Below are positions 1 to 12,600 of a stretch of DNA of 64,000 nucleotides, piece by piece. The position numbers and the translations under genes are program-made. How positions within the stretch are numbered: position 1 is the first letter of the stretch; each line of letters starts with the position of its first letter. This DNA comes from Macrostomum lignano (taxonomy: Eukaryota): the NCBI GenBank assembly GCA_002269645.1, contig NIVC01001713.1, positions 182,675 through 246,674 on the forward strand. The letters run 5' to 3'. Below the pieces are notes generated by a model, which saw only the letters and a list, made by a program, of their open reading frames with translations, did not search any database and was not told the DNA's origin.

Positions 1-735
1 AAACTTTTCCTAGAAATGCAGTTTCTTATATAAACACAGTCCTACAAATAAAAAATTCTTAGAAACGTTTCCTAGAAAAGCAGTTTCTTATATAAACATA
101 GTCCTACAAATAAAGATTCTTAGAAACTTTTCCTAGAAATGCAGTTTCTTATATAAACACAGTCCTACAAATAAAAAATTCTTAGAAACGTTTCCTAGAA
201 AAGCAGTTTCTTATATAAACATAGTCCTACAAATAAAGATTCTTAGAAACTTTTCCTAGAAATGCAGTTTCTTATATAAACACAGTCCTACAAAAAAAGA
301 TTCTTAGAAACGTTTCCTAGAAATGCAGTTTCTTATATAAACACAGTCCTACAAATAAAGATTCTTAGAAACGTTTCCTAGAAATGCAGTTTCTTATATA
401 AACATAGTCCTACAAATAAAAAATTCTTAGAAACGTTTCCTAGAAAAGCAGTTTCTTATATAAACATAGTCCTACAAATAAAGATTCTTAGAAACTTTTC
501 CTAGAAATGCAGTTTCTTATATAAACACAGTCCTACAAATAAAGATTCTTAGAAACGTTTCCTAGAAATGCAGTTTCTTATATATAAACACAGTCCTACA
601 AATAAAGATTTTTACAAACGTTTCTCAGATATGCAGTTTCTTACAAACACATTCCTACAAACAAAGATTCTTAGAAAGTTTCTTAGAAATACAGTTCATC
701 TCTACAAATAAACATTTTTTGAAACGTTTCTTAGA
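1..735. repeat. 61-62 bp AT-rich minisatellite (about 12 units, partly 123-bp dimers)
   Basis: Unit AAACKTTTCCTAGAAAWGCAGTTTCTTATATAAACAYAGTCCTACAAATAAARATTCTTAG; degenerates after about 600. Confidence 0.95.
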
Positions 736-777
736 CTTAGATATACAGATACAGTCAAATTAAAATGTTCATCTCAC

Positions 778-1118
778 CTGTTAACCGACACTCCTCGACG
801 GCGAATTTGGTCGGCCTCCACTCGAGCTCTTCGCTGAGCCTCAGTTTCCGTGGCCCTACGCTCACTTGTGCGCCGCCGAGCTGCAGTTAGGCGCTCTTCT
901 CGCTGAGCGTCGGTCTCCACGGCACTCCGCTTAGCCTTTTGCTGTCGGAGTCCAGCCAGGCGCTCTTCGCGCTGAGCGTCGGTCTCCCTGGCCCTTCGTT
1001 CAGTCTCCTGCTGCCGGTGTGCAGCCAGGCGCTCCTCTTGTTGAACAGCGGTCTCTTGCTGACGTTTCTTTTTGGCATCTCTGCTCTTTTTCAAAGCGCT
1101 GGTGCCACGTCGAGCCAT
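778..1118 (-). CDS. First coding exon of an STPR-like / Helitron Rep-Hel N-terminal-like protein; gene continues beyond the left window edge
   Basis: ATG at 1118. Repeated motif E-T-D/E-A-Q-R-E-E-R-L (RARETDAQREERLAG, AVETDAQREERLTA) is typical of STPR repeats and Helitron ORF N-termini. A donor CAG|GTGAGA follows position 778, and the 61-62 bp minisatellite then occupies the putative intron. Confidence 0.55.
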
Positions 1119-1580
1119 TTTAGAATTTGGATCGAAAAATATGATAGGAATTGAATTGAAAAATAAGATAAGTAGAATTAGAATGAAAAAGTAAAGATAG
1201 TCTGAGTGAGGGGTTGTGTGATAATTGACAAAGATAAGAAAATAATCATGACAAACATTTTAAACTCAGCGCACCACCGCCACCCCAAAAAGCTGTACAC
1301 TATTCAGTGTTAATAAATGTACACTAAACGTAAATTCTCTCCAGCGCCCGCTGCTAATTGGTCAAGCTGCCCTTTAAAGCCAAAATTCTCCTTACAAAAC
1401 TGCTAATAAAATGGTCAAAGTCAACAAGCAGCGATAAACAAATAGATGTGCAAATACTCGTGCACATTTTACACTCATCTTTTTTACCACAAAGTTGTTA
1501 GCAATGTTGCATTGAAAACTTTCAATAAAAATCGCTTATTTATATGAAAGTCGCTCTCTGCAATGCAGTCTTGGTCTTGG

Positions 1581-2188
1581 TAATCCTTGGTTTATTAATA
1601 GCAATAATCTTTGGCTTCTTGTAATCCTTGGTTTATTAATAGCAATAATCCTTGATTAATCAAGTGCATTAATCCTTGGTTTATTAATAGCAATAATCCT
1701 TGGCTTATTGAGTGCAGTAATCCTTGGTCTGCCAAGAGCAATAGTCCTTGATTTAATCCTTGGTTTATTAATAGCAATAATCCTTGGCTTCTTGAGTGCA
1801 GTAATCCTTGGTTTGCCAAGAGCAATAGTCCTTGGTTTATCGAGTGCAGTAATCCTTGGTTTATTAATAGCAATAATCCTTGGCTTATCGAGTGCAGTAA
1901 TCCTTGGTTTATTAATAGCAATAATCCTTTAATAATCCAGTGCATTAATCCTTGGTTTATTAATAGCAATAATCCTTGATTAATCAAGTGCATTAATCCT
2001 TGGTTTATTAATAGCAATAATCCTTGATTAATCAAGTGCATTAATCCTTGGTTTATTAATAGCAATAATCCTTGGCTTCTTGAGTGCAGTAATCCTTGGT
2101 TTGCCAAGAGCAATAGTCCTTGGTTTATCGAGTGCAGTAATCCTTGGTTTATTAATAGCAATAATCCTTGGCTTATCGAGTGCAGTAG
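1581..2188. repeat. 24-30 bp mixed-variant minisatellite
   Basis: AATCCTTGGTTTATTAATAGCAAT interleaved with AATCCTTGGCTTATCGAGTGCAGT and AATCCTTGGTTTGCCAAGAGCAAT variants. Confidence 0.9.
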
Positions 2189-2639
2189 TCTAAGTGTTTT
2201 TATTTAGTCCTTTAATAAAAGCTTTTAATAAAAAAATTTACACTACTACTTTTAAACTACTTAGATTCGAAGCCAGGTCGCTGCATTAGCAGTCTGGTCT
2301 GTTCAGCTCTAGGCTAGCTCTCATCGAAGTTATCAGTGAATTTGTACCACTTATATAATTCAACACTTACACCAAGTCAGGTAGAGTAAAAAGTCACACG
2401 AAGCAGTTATGACATAATCAATTTCTTAGGCAAGTCAGTACCAGTGTCTATGAAAGTTAACAATATGGTTACGTAATATAAATTCAGTACTGCGCTATGC
2501 TTTCACACTCAAAGCTGTGACGCAATTCAATTGAGTGTCAAATTCAGCCAGTACACAGACGATAAACAAAGTGTATTGTGATGCAATCTATTTCAGAATC
2601 AGAATTCAACCAGTCAGTTTTTCTGCTAGCATTCTTACA

Positions 2640-2854
2640 ATGCATTTCAAGTCGAAGGAGCTGCTTGACCTTTGCAAAAAAGCATGTTTTTCGAATATTT
2701 AATCCCTTTAATATTGAGCAATTTCTTAGCCAAGATGCATGTACCGTCACGGAAAAATTTCTGATCGAACAGTGCAAGTTCGAACAAAATCGGTTGAGCC
2801 GTTTTTGCTAAAATCGATCACACACATACCGACAGACCATTTTTAGTATATGGA
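2640..2854 (-). mobile_element. Second, related Helitron-like 5' portion abutting the first head-to-tail; left end undefined
   Basis: Begins TCCATATACTAAAA on the minus strand immediately after the first element's CTAG. Shares TTTTCGAATATTTAATCCCTTTA (near 2690 and 3025) and AAAATCGGT (near 2787 and 3122) with it. Confidence 0.4.
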
Positions 2855-3208
2855 CTAGCTAATTAGAGCTGGCTGCCAGCATCCAGAATAATTTTTATTG
2901 CCCCCACCCTTTAAGTGGGTCCAGTGAGTTTTCTTATCAGTTGGCTCTGGCGCAATCAATTAAAATTGACTGTGAAGTTTCTCGCTGATAAAATTTGCAT
3001 TGAAAAAGGCCATTTAAAACAGTTTTTCGAATATTTAATCCCTTTAGCATTGAAGCAGATACAAGAAATTTTAACTGTCTTCTTTCCAGACAATTTTGAA
3101 TGTTTTGGCGAAAACGCGATCAAAATCGGTGAAGAATTGCAATCTCTAGAGCGTTATGGACAAGCAAGCATTCAAACATACAAAGCTTAGAGATTTAGTA
3201 TATTTAGA
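2855..3208 (-). mobile_element. Short non-autonomous Helitron-like element
   Basis: The minus strand starts TCTAAATATACTAAA (3208) and ends in a GCTGGC-A-GCCAGC hairpin (2868-2880), a 9-nt spacer and CTAG (2855-2858). This is the TC...hairpin-CTRR layout of Helitrons. Confidence 0.5.
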
Positions 3209-3665
3209 AGTGAAAACGAGTTGCGTTTTGCGTTTCAAAGTTAACAGTTTGTGTTACATATACCAGCTGTACTGCTACAATACTAAGTGACCGATGTCTT
3301 TAGCATACGGTGTGCAGTTGCCAGGAGCCTCGTAAAAAATTCCTAGTTTCCCGTCCCGGTGTTTGAGTAGTCCCTGGTGAAGGCAAAAAGCATAAGACGT
3401 TTGATAAATAGACGTGCGGCAAAGTTTTTAACTGAGCTTGTTTTTTTAGAAAAAAACACGACATATTTATTGCCTGACACCAGTTTTTAATATTTAGCGA
3501 AACTATTTCTGCTAAACGTTTATTTCTATTTTTAGAAATGTGATTCATACTTGACGTCAGGTTCTTTTTTTAGCAAAACACTTGCTATAATGCCGTGTTT
3601 CTATTTTTAGCAACGCGCTGGTGTCATAATTCCTGTTTCTATTTTTAGCAACGAGATACATTTCC

Positions 3666-6600
3666 TCAGAACACAGCGCAATCGAAGGGCGTCTTTCTGA
3701 GCAGCCGAGTCCAGACCAGCTCGCACGCCAGTAGGATCAGGCCAGCGACGTAGAATGCACCAGTGATGATCAGGGCGCCGCCCACGCCTTCCATGTTGAT
3801 GCTATCAGCCTCTGTTGACATGCCAACTGAGCAGGATTGGTCGGGCGCGTCATTCGTGAAGTATTTGGTGAATAGTCGCGAGTTCGCGCCGATTATGTCC
3901 AGGTTGCGCAGGCTGTTAATTCGGGTGGGGGGGGTAGGAAATCGATTTTAAAGTCTTTTCGATTCTGGAAACAATCTTGTCTTCAGCTTTTCTATATATC
4001 TCGAATCATCAACCGGGACACAATTTTTGAGGAAGTTTGTCGAAATCCTAATGGTAAAAAGGGATACGCTTCTATTTAGATGTAGATAGAGGAATTTTCC
4101 TGGTAATCTAGGCCTTCAAAAATTTTTTTGTGGTACCGCTCGGCCCGTCTCGATTTTCCCTATTATCGCTTATATAAAATCCCTAATCTCGCTTTTACTC
4201 TACTGATAGTAGCATAATGTGGCAAGCGCTCAAATTCTGTCTTTGAAATCATAAGTTAAAAAATGTAATTCAAAACCAATGTTGATTTTTAAAAAGTAGA
4301 GATAAAAAATTTCCTTTCTAACTAGTGAATGGGAGCGCTCTGTTTGAAACTAAATTTATGCCATTCATGCTCCCGGCATCTTAGCAACTTGAAAAGCTTG
4401 AACTTTCTTAATTTATTAACTAATCGCTTAACTCGTGCAGTAAACAGGACTGTTGGGACTTGCTAATTAACCTGGATAGAAACACCCAGAGTTACGTCTC
4501 AAGCCATGTGAAATGACACCTGATACAAAACAAGTTGTTAAAGTTAAAAAAAGCTGTGTTCTCGTCTGTACGTGGCTAATTGGGACCCAAATTCGTGTAG
4601 CTATCAAGTTTGTCTAACCTATTTAATTCTATCCAATAAACTTAATCCCATTCTCTGTGTACGATCCCCATTCGCGCGTATCTTCCCATGCATGATGCGA
4701 CCAACTTAATCCTCATTCACCCAATTCACTCCTGAGTCACCTAACTCATTCCCCATTCACACAACTCATTCCCCATTCACACAACTCATTCCCCATTCAC
4801 ACAACTCAGTCTCCATTCACACAACTCAGTCTCCATTCACACAACTCAGTCTCCATTCACACAACTCATTCCCCATTCACACAACTCATTCCGCATTCAC
4901 AAAACTCAGTCTCCATTCACACAACTCATTCCCCATTCACCAAACTCACTCCCCATTCACCATACTCAGTCTCTATTCAACCAACTCACTCCCCATTCAC
5001 ACAACTCACTCCTCAGTCACCTAACTCTTTCCCCATTCACACAACTCAGTCTCCATTCACACAACTCAGTCTCCATTCACACAACTCATTCCCCATTCAC
5101 ACAACTCATTCCCCATTCACACAACTTTTTCCCCATTCACACAACTCAGTCTTCATTTACACAACTCAGTCTCCATTAACCAAAGTCAGTCTCTATTCAC
5201 ACAACTCACTCCCCATTCACCCAACTCAGTTCCCATTCACTAAAGTAAGTCTCTATTCACCCAACTCACTCCCCATTCACCAAACTCACTCCCCATTCAC
5301 CATACTCAGTCTCTATTCACCCAACTCACTCCCCATTCACACAACTCAGTTCCCAATCACCAAACTCACTCCCATTCACCCAACTCACTGCTCATCCAGC
5401 AGCTCAGAGAAGTAGGCATTCTTCGGGTAGGCGAAGCCGCAGGGTGCCACGTTGGCCCTCTCCTTGGCCAGATAGACTTTTTCGCAGTTGTTGTTGGCCA
5501 CGTTTAGCAAAAAGGTGTAGTCACTGAGGCAGACCAGGCCCTTGTCGAATACCTTGTAAAAAGGTGTATATGGGGTAGCGGTTCGGGATAAATGATTTAT
5601 GATACTACCTGGTTAGAGGTCTCTAGGATACTAGGGAGAGAATTCCTCGGATTGTCGATATTTTTGGGGCCTCATGGGTGGCAGCTTTCAGTGCGCACAG
5701 CTTACCGCCTGAGCACAGTCTGGGATGGTGTCAGCCAGCAGCATCTGGTCCGTGATCTGCTTGTACACGCCCGACTGCGCACCCTTGAATACATTGTGGA
5801 TCGTGGTGCCTCGCGGCATTATTGGCGTCAGGCTGCCATCAGCCAGCATGTCCTCGAAGCTTTGAATTGGCAGGCTGGTGACTGAGACGGTCAAAGCTGA
5901 AGTCAGGTCGCCTGCGAGTGCGGATCAGGGAGCTCAATAGTAAACTGTTGCATCCGTGATTGTCATGAGTGCTGCAAAAATGTAATTAGGAATCTCAGCC
6001 CTGTGGGAGCTTCTCACTTCTCTGAAGCTGCCTTCTTCCCATCTCCCGCTCTGACTTTTCCAACTCTCGCCAATCACCCTCTCTCCCTCCTTCCCCATTT
6101 TCCTCTCCTGTTCAAACTTATTCTTTACTTCTCCCTCTCTCCCTCTCCTCTCCCCTTCTCTCCCCCTCTCTCTTCTCCTCTCTCTCCCTCTCTCTCCCTC
6201 TGTCCATTTTCCCTTTCTCCCTCTCCCCCTCTCCACCTCTCTTCATCTCCTCTCCCCCTCTCTCTCTCCTCTCCCCTCTCTCTCTCCTCTCCCCCTCTCT
6301 CCCTCTCTTCATCTCCTCTCCCCCTCTCTCTCTCCTCTCCCCCTCTCTCCCTCTCTTCATCTCCTCTCCCCCTCTCTCTCCTCTCCCCTCTCTCTCTCCT
6401 CTCCCCCTCTCTCCCTCTCTTCATCTCCTCCCCCCCTCTCTCTCTCCTCTCCCCTCTCTCTCTCCTCTCCCCCTCTCTCCTTCTCTTCATCTCCTCTCCC
6501 CCTCTTTCTCTCCTCTCCCCTTCTCTCCCTCTCTCTCTATCCTCTCCCCTTGATCTCTCCCTCTCTCCCTCGGTCCCTCTTTCACTTTCTCCCTTCCCCT

Positions 6601-9600
6601 CTCACCCTCTCTCCCTCTCCTCTCTCCCTCTCTCCCCCTCCCCTTCTCTCTCTTTCCCTCTCTCCTCTCACCCTCTCCCCCTCTCTCCCTCTCTCCTAAT
6701 TTCTTTTCTCTTAAAACCCATCAACTCTCTGTGCTTCATCTAACCCTTCTCCCGTCATCCCATTCTCGACTTCTGCTTCCCGACCCTCTCTCACAGTGAT
6801 ATTAATAATTTAGCTCCCAGTTGATGTATCCCAAAATTCACAAGCCAACTCGCAATGAATAGAGTCGTTTTGACTTGCAGCTGCCTGCCAATGCACTATG
6901 AGCACTGGGCTAAATGCTGTCCAGACAGGAAATTGGCAAAATACAATTTGGATAGACAATCAGAAGCCGGAGTAACTGCCTATTCGCTTAACCAAAATGG
7001 CGCCACACAGCTTAGCAATAATTAGAAAACATTTCCCGGTGACTTAATGTTTAGTCCGCGTAACTATCGTCACTCATTCTCCGGTGTGCTGTCAGCTCCC
7101 TTCACTCATTCTCCGGTGTGCTGTCAGCTCCCTTCACTCATTCTCCGGTGTGCTGTCAGCTCCCTTCACTCATTCTCAGGTGTGCTGTCAGCTCCCTTCA
7201 GTCACTCACCGGTGTTGCTGTCAGCTCCATTCACTCACTCACCGGTGTTGCTGTCAGCTCCATTCACTCACTCACCGGTGTTGCTGTCAGCTCCCCTCAC
7301 TCACTCACCGGTGTACTGTCAGCTCCCTTCACTCACTCACCGGAGTGCTGTCAACTTCCTTTCATTCACTCACCGGTGTGCTGTCAACTTCCTTTCACTC
7401 ACTCACCGGTGTGCTGTCAACTTCCTTTCACTCACCGGTGTGCTGTCAGCTCCCTTCACTCACCGGTGTTGCTGTCAGCTCCCTTCACACTCACCGGTGT
7501 GCTGTCAGCTCCCTTCACTCACCGGTGTAAGCTCCATAGATGATCACGGTGAATAGCCACCAGAAGACCATCACTGCCCGAGGTGACATTGCGTAGGGAT
7601 AAAAGTCCTGGCCCTGCTGCAGGAAGCTGCCTATGCAGCTCCAGATGTACTCCTGCAGCCACACCTCGTCGGCGATGGCGAACTCCAGTTGCAGATTCCA
7701 AGCCGAGAACGGGCTGAAGTAGGCCAGGGCGAAGATTGTCAGCGAGGCTACCGCGAGAGCTGCCAGAACTGCCAGCCAGGTCTCCGGGTGAAGCGGCGAG
7801 AAGATGTTCCACAGCTTGCTGGCGGGGGCCGGCCGCGGCAGCAGCAGGGTGAAGGCGTCCTCGAACAGGGTGTAGCCGAAGTCCACCACGCGGGAGCGAG
7901 AGGCCGACTTGGTGAACGTAGTGGCGCCGAACACCACCGACTGCGGAGCGATGCGAACTCTATGCCAGACTCTATGCCAGACTCTATGCCAGACTCTATG
8001 CCAGACTCTATGCCAGACTCTATGCCAGACTCTATGCCAGACTCTATGCCAGACTCTATGCCAGACTCTATGCCAGACTCTATGCCAGACTCTACGCTAG
8101 ACTCTATGCCAGACTCTATGCCAGACTCTATGCCAGACTCTATGCCAGACTCTGTGGCAAACTCTGTGGCAGACTCTACTAGTATACCAGACTCTATGCC
8201 AGACTCTATGCCAGACTCTATGCCAGACTCTATGCCAGACTCTGTGCCAGACTCTGTGCCAGACTCTGTGCCAGACTCTATGCCAGACTCTATGCCAGAC
8301 TCTATGCCAGACTCTATGCCAAACTGTATGCCAGACTCTACTAGTATATCAGACTCTATGCCAGACTATATTATACCATACTATGCCAGACTCTATGCCA
8401 GGTCTTTATCAGATGAATGCCAGATCTATTCAGCATCTATCCAGCATCTATCCAGCATCTATCCAGCATCTATTCAGAATCTATCCAGCAATTAATCTCA
8501 ATCTCAAACTCAACCTCAATCTCATTTTCAATCTAAATCTCAATCTTAATCTCAACCTCACCCTAAATTTCATTTTCAGTCTCAATCTTAATCTTAATCT
8601 CAATCTCAATCTCAATCTCAATCTCAATCTCAATCTTAATCTCAATCTCAATCTCAATCCCAATCTCAACCTCAATCTCAATCCCAATCTCAACCTCAAT
8701 CTCTATCTCAATCTCAATCTCAATCTCAATCTCAATCTCAACCTTAATCTCAATCTCAATCTCAATCTCAATCTCAATCCCAATCTCAACCTCAATCCCA
8801 ATCTCAACCTCAATCTCTATCTCAATCTCAATCTCAATCTCAATCTCAATGTCAATCTCAATCTCAATCTCAATCTCAATCTCAATCTCAATCTCAATCT
8901 CAATCTCAATCTCAATCCCAATCTCAATCTCAATCTCAATCTCAATCTCAATCTCAATCTCAACCTCAATCTCAATCTCAATCTCAATCCCAACCTCAAT
9001 CTCAATCTCAACCTCAATCTCAATCTCAATCTCAATCTCAACCTCAATCTCAATCTCAATCTCAATCTCAACCTCAATCTCAATCCCAATCTCAACCTCA
9101 ATCTCAATCTCAATCTCAATCTCAACCTCAATCTCAATCTCAACCTCAATCTCAATCTCAATCTCAATCTCAATCTCAATCTCAATCTCAATCTCAACCT
9201 CAATCTCAATCTCAATCTCAATCTCAATCTCAATCTTAATCTCAATCTCAATCTCAATTTCAATCTCAATCTCAATTTCAATCTCAATCTCAATCTCAAT
9301 CTCAACCTCAATCTCAATCTCAATCTCAATCACAATCCCAATCACAATCTCAATCTCAAACTCAATCTAAATCTCAATCTCAACCTCCACCTCAATCTCA
9401 ATGTTTGGCAGGTAAGCACACAGGAGCAACCATCACCTGGTTCTGAACCTCTCCAATGCAGCCTGAAGCGTAGGTCTGCCCGTCCTCGACGTTGCCCCAG
9501 AGGCCGTCATCTGACTGCTTCAATATGTAGCTGAAATGGTCATGGAATGTTTCTAATATCGTTGTGACACTGCTTTTCAATCTCTTCTTAGCCGGGCTCA

Positions 9601-12600
9601 CTTGAACTCCATCTTCTCCTTCAAATATTCCAGAAGTTCCAGAACCATCCCAGTGATCTCTACGGTGTTGTTCGGGTACACCTTCGTGACCTTGACGAAT
9701 GGCTGAAACTGAAATTGTCGGGAAAATCAGGAGAGTTTCAGGAAAAGTATATAAGTATCAAGAAAATGTCAGGAACATCACATCAGTAGGGTGTCAAAAA
9801 CATCATTAGGGTGTCAGAATCATCAGTAGGGTGTAAAAAACATCAGTAGGGTGTCAGAATCATCAGTAGGGTGTAAAAAACATCAGTAGGGTGTCAGAAT
9901 CATCAGTAGGGTGTCAGGAACACCAGTAGGGTGTCAGAATCATCAGTAGGGTGTCAAAAACATCAGTAGGGTGTCAGAATCATCAGTAGGGTGTCAGGAA
10001 CACCAGTAGGGTGTCAGAATCATCAGTAGGGTGTCAGGAACACCAGTAGGGTGTCAGGAACATCACATCAGTAGGGTGTCAGGAACATCACATCAGTAGG
10101 GTGTCAGAATCATCAGTAGGGTGTCAGAATCATCAGTAGGGTGTCAGGAACATCACATCAGTAGGGTGTCAGGAACATCACATCAGTAGGGTGTCAGAAT
10201 CATCAGTAGGGTGTCAGGAACATCACATCAGTAGGGTGTCAGAATCATCAGTAGGGTGTCAAAAACATCAGCAGGGTGTCAGAATCATCAGTAGGGTGTC
10301 AGGAACACCAGTAGGGTGTCAGAATCATCAGTAGGGTGTCAGGAACATCACATCAGTAGGGTGTCAGAATCATCAGTAGGGTGTCAGGAACATCACATCA
10401 GTAGGGTGTCAGAATCATCAGTAGGGTGTCAAAAACATCAGCAGGGTGTCAGAATCATCAGTAGGGTGTCAGGAACACCAGTAGGGTGTCAGAATCATCA
10501 GTAGGGTGTCAGGAACATCACATCAGTAGGGTGTCAGAATCATCAGTAGGGTGTCAGGAACATCACATCAGTAGGGTGTCAGAATCATCAGTAGGGTGTC
10601 AAAAACATCAGCAGGGTGTCAGAATCATCAGTAGGGTGTCAGGAACACCAGTAGGGTGTCAGGAACATCACATCAGTAGGGTGTCAGGAACATCACATCA
10701 GTAGGGTGTCAGGAACATCACATCAGTAGGGTGTCAGAATCATCAGTAGGGTGTCAGAATCATCAGTAGGGTGTCAGGAACATCACATCAGTAGGGTGTC
10801 AGAATCATCAGTAGGGTGTCAGGAACATCACATCAGTAGGGTGTCAGAATCATCAGTAGGGTGTCAGGAACATCACATCAGCAGGGTGTCAGAATCATCA
10901 GTAGGGTGTCAGGAACACCAGTAGGGTGTCAGGAACATCACATCAGTAGGGTGTCAGGAACATCACATCAGTAGGGTGTCAGAATCATCAGTAGGGTGTC
11001 AGAATCATCAGTAGGGTGTCAGGAACATCACATCAGTAGGGTGTTAGAATCATCAGTAGGGTGTCAGGAACATCACATCAGTAGGGTGTCAGAATCATCA
11101 GTAGGGTGTCAAAAACATCAGCAGGGTGTCAGAATCATCAGTAGGGTGTCAGGAACACCAGTAGGGTGTCAGAATCATCAGTAGGGTGTCAAGAACACCA
11201 ATAGGGTGTCAGAATCATCAGTAGGGTGTCAAAAACATCAGTAGGGTGTCGAAATCATCAGTAGGGTGTCAGGAACATCAAATCAGTAGGGTGTCAGAAT
11301 CATCAGTAGGATATCAAAAACACCAGTAGGGTGTCAGAATCATCAGTAGGGTGTCAAGAACACCAGTAGGGTGTCAGAATCATCAGTAGGGTGTCAGGAA
11401 CACCAGTAGGGTGTCAGAATCATCAGTAGGGTGTCAGGAACACCAGTAGGGTGTCAGAATCATCAGTAGGATATCAAAAACACCAGTAGGGTGTCAGAAT
11501 CATCAGTAGGGTGTCAGAAAAACCAGTAGGGTGTCAAAACATTCGGTGCTCGGTGAAAGACAGCGAGTCGAGCCTCACATCCATAGTACACAGCAGCAGG
11601 GTGTCATTCTTGAACCCGGTGAAGGTGTTGGGAAAAGCCACCGGCTTGCCCCTGAGCCGGTACAGGTCGGTCAGCCCGCCCGCCGCGTTTCGGCGATCAA
11701 ATCTACCGGAGCGCACAAAGTGCAGCGGCTCGCTTCGCCTCAGGTTGTAGGTGGCGTACAAGTCGATGCCGTATTGGCTGTCGAAATGGCGCGTCGTAGC
11801 GTTGAAGGAGATGGGGCCGCGCACGGTAGGGTAGTTGCGAATCTAGGAGAAGATGAGTAGAGGAATTCATCCCCTGTCCCTGTTGAAACGGACTCTGGTG
11901 CATTAGCATCCTAGCTCTCTCTCTTACTGGCTGATCAGTCTTTTGTCGGGCACCACCAGCCCATTGTGTGCAGCCAGTTGAACCCCTCCCGATTCTCATA
12001 GCCTAGCCCACCACCCCATTCTGTGCAGCCAGTTGAACCTCTCCCGATTCTCATAGCCTAGCCCACCACCCCATTCTGTGCAGCCAGTTGAACCCCCCCC
12101 CCCGATTCTCATAGCCTAGCCTACCACCCCATTGTGTGCAGCCAGCTGAACCTCTCCCGATTCTCATAGCCTAGCCCACCACCCCATTCTGTGCAGCCAG
12201 TTGAACCCCCCCCCCCGATTCTCATAGCCTAGCCTACCACCCCATTGTGTGCAGCCAGTTGAACCCCTCCCGATTCTCATAGCCTAGCCTACCACCCCAT
12301 TGTGTGCAGCCAGCTGAACCTCTCCCGATTCTCATAGCCTAGCCCATTATCCCATTCTGTGCAGCCAGTTAAACTCTTCCCGATTCTCATAGCCTAGCCC
12401 ACCACCCCATTCTGTGCAGCCAGTTGAACCTCTCCCGATTCTCATAGCCTAGCCTACCACCCCATTCTGTGCAGCCAGTTGAACCTCTCCCGATTCTCAT
12501 GGCCTAGCCCATTATCCCATTCTGTGCAGCCAGTTAAACTCTTCCCGATTCTCATAGCCTATCCCACCACCCCATTCTGTGCAGCCAGTTGAACCTCTCC

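Noticed and set aside
8490-9402. (AATCTC)n as an interstitial telomere
   Set aside because: It does not match TTAGGG or other known animal telomeric units.
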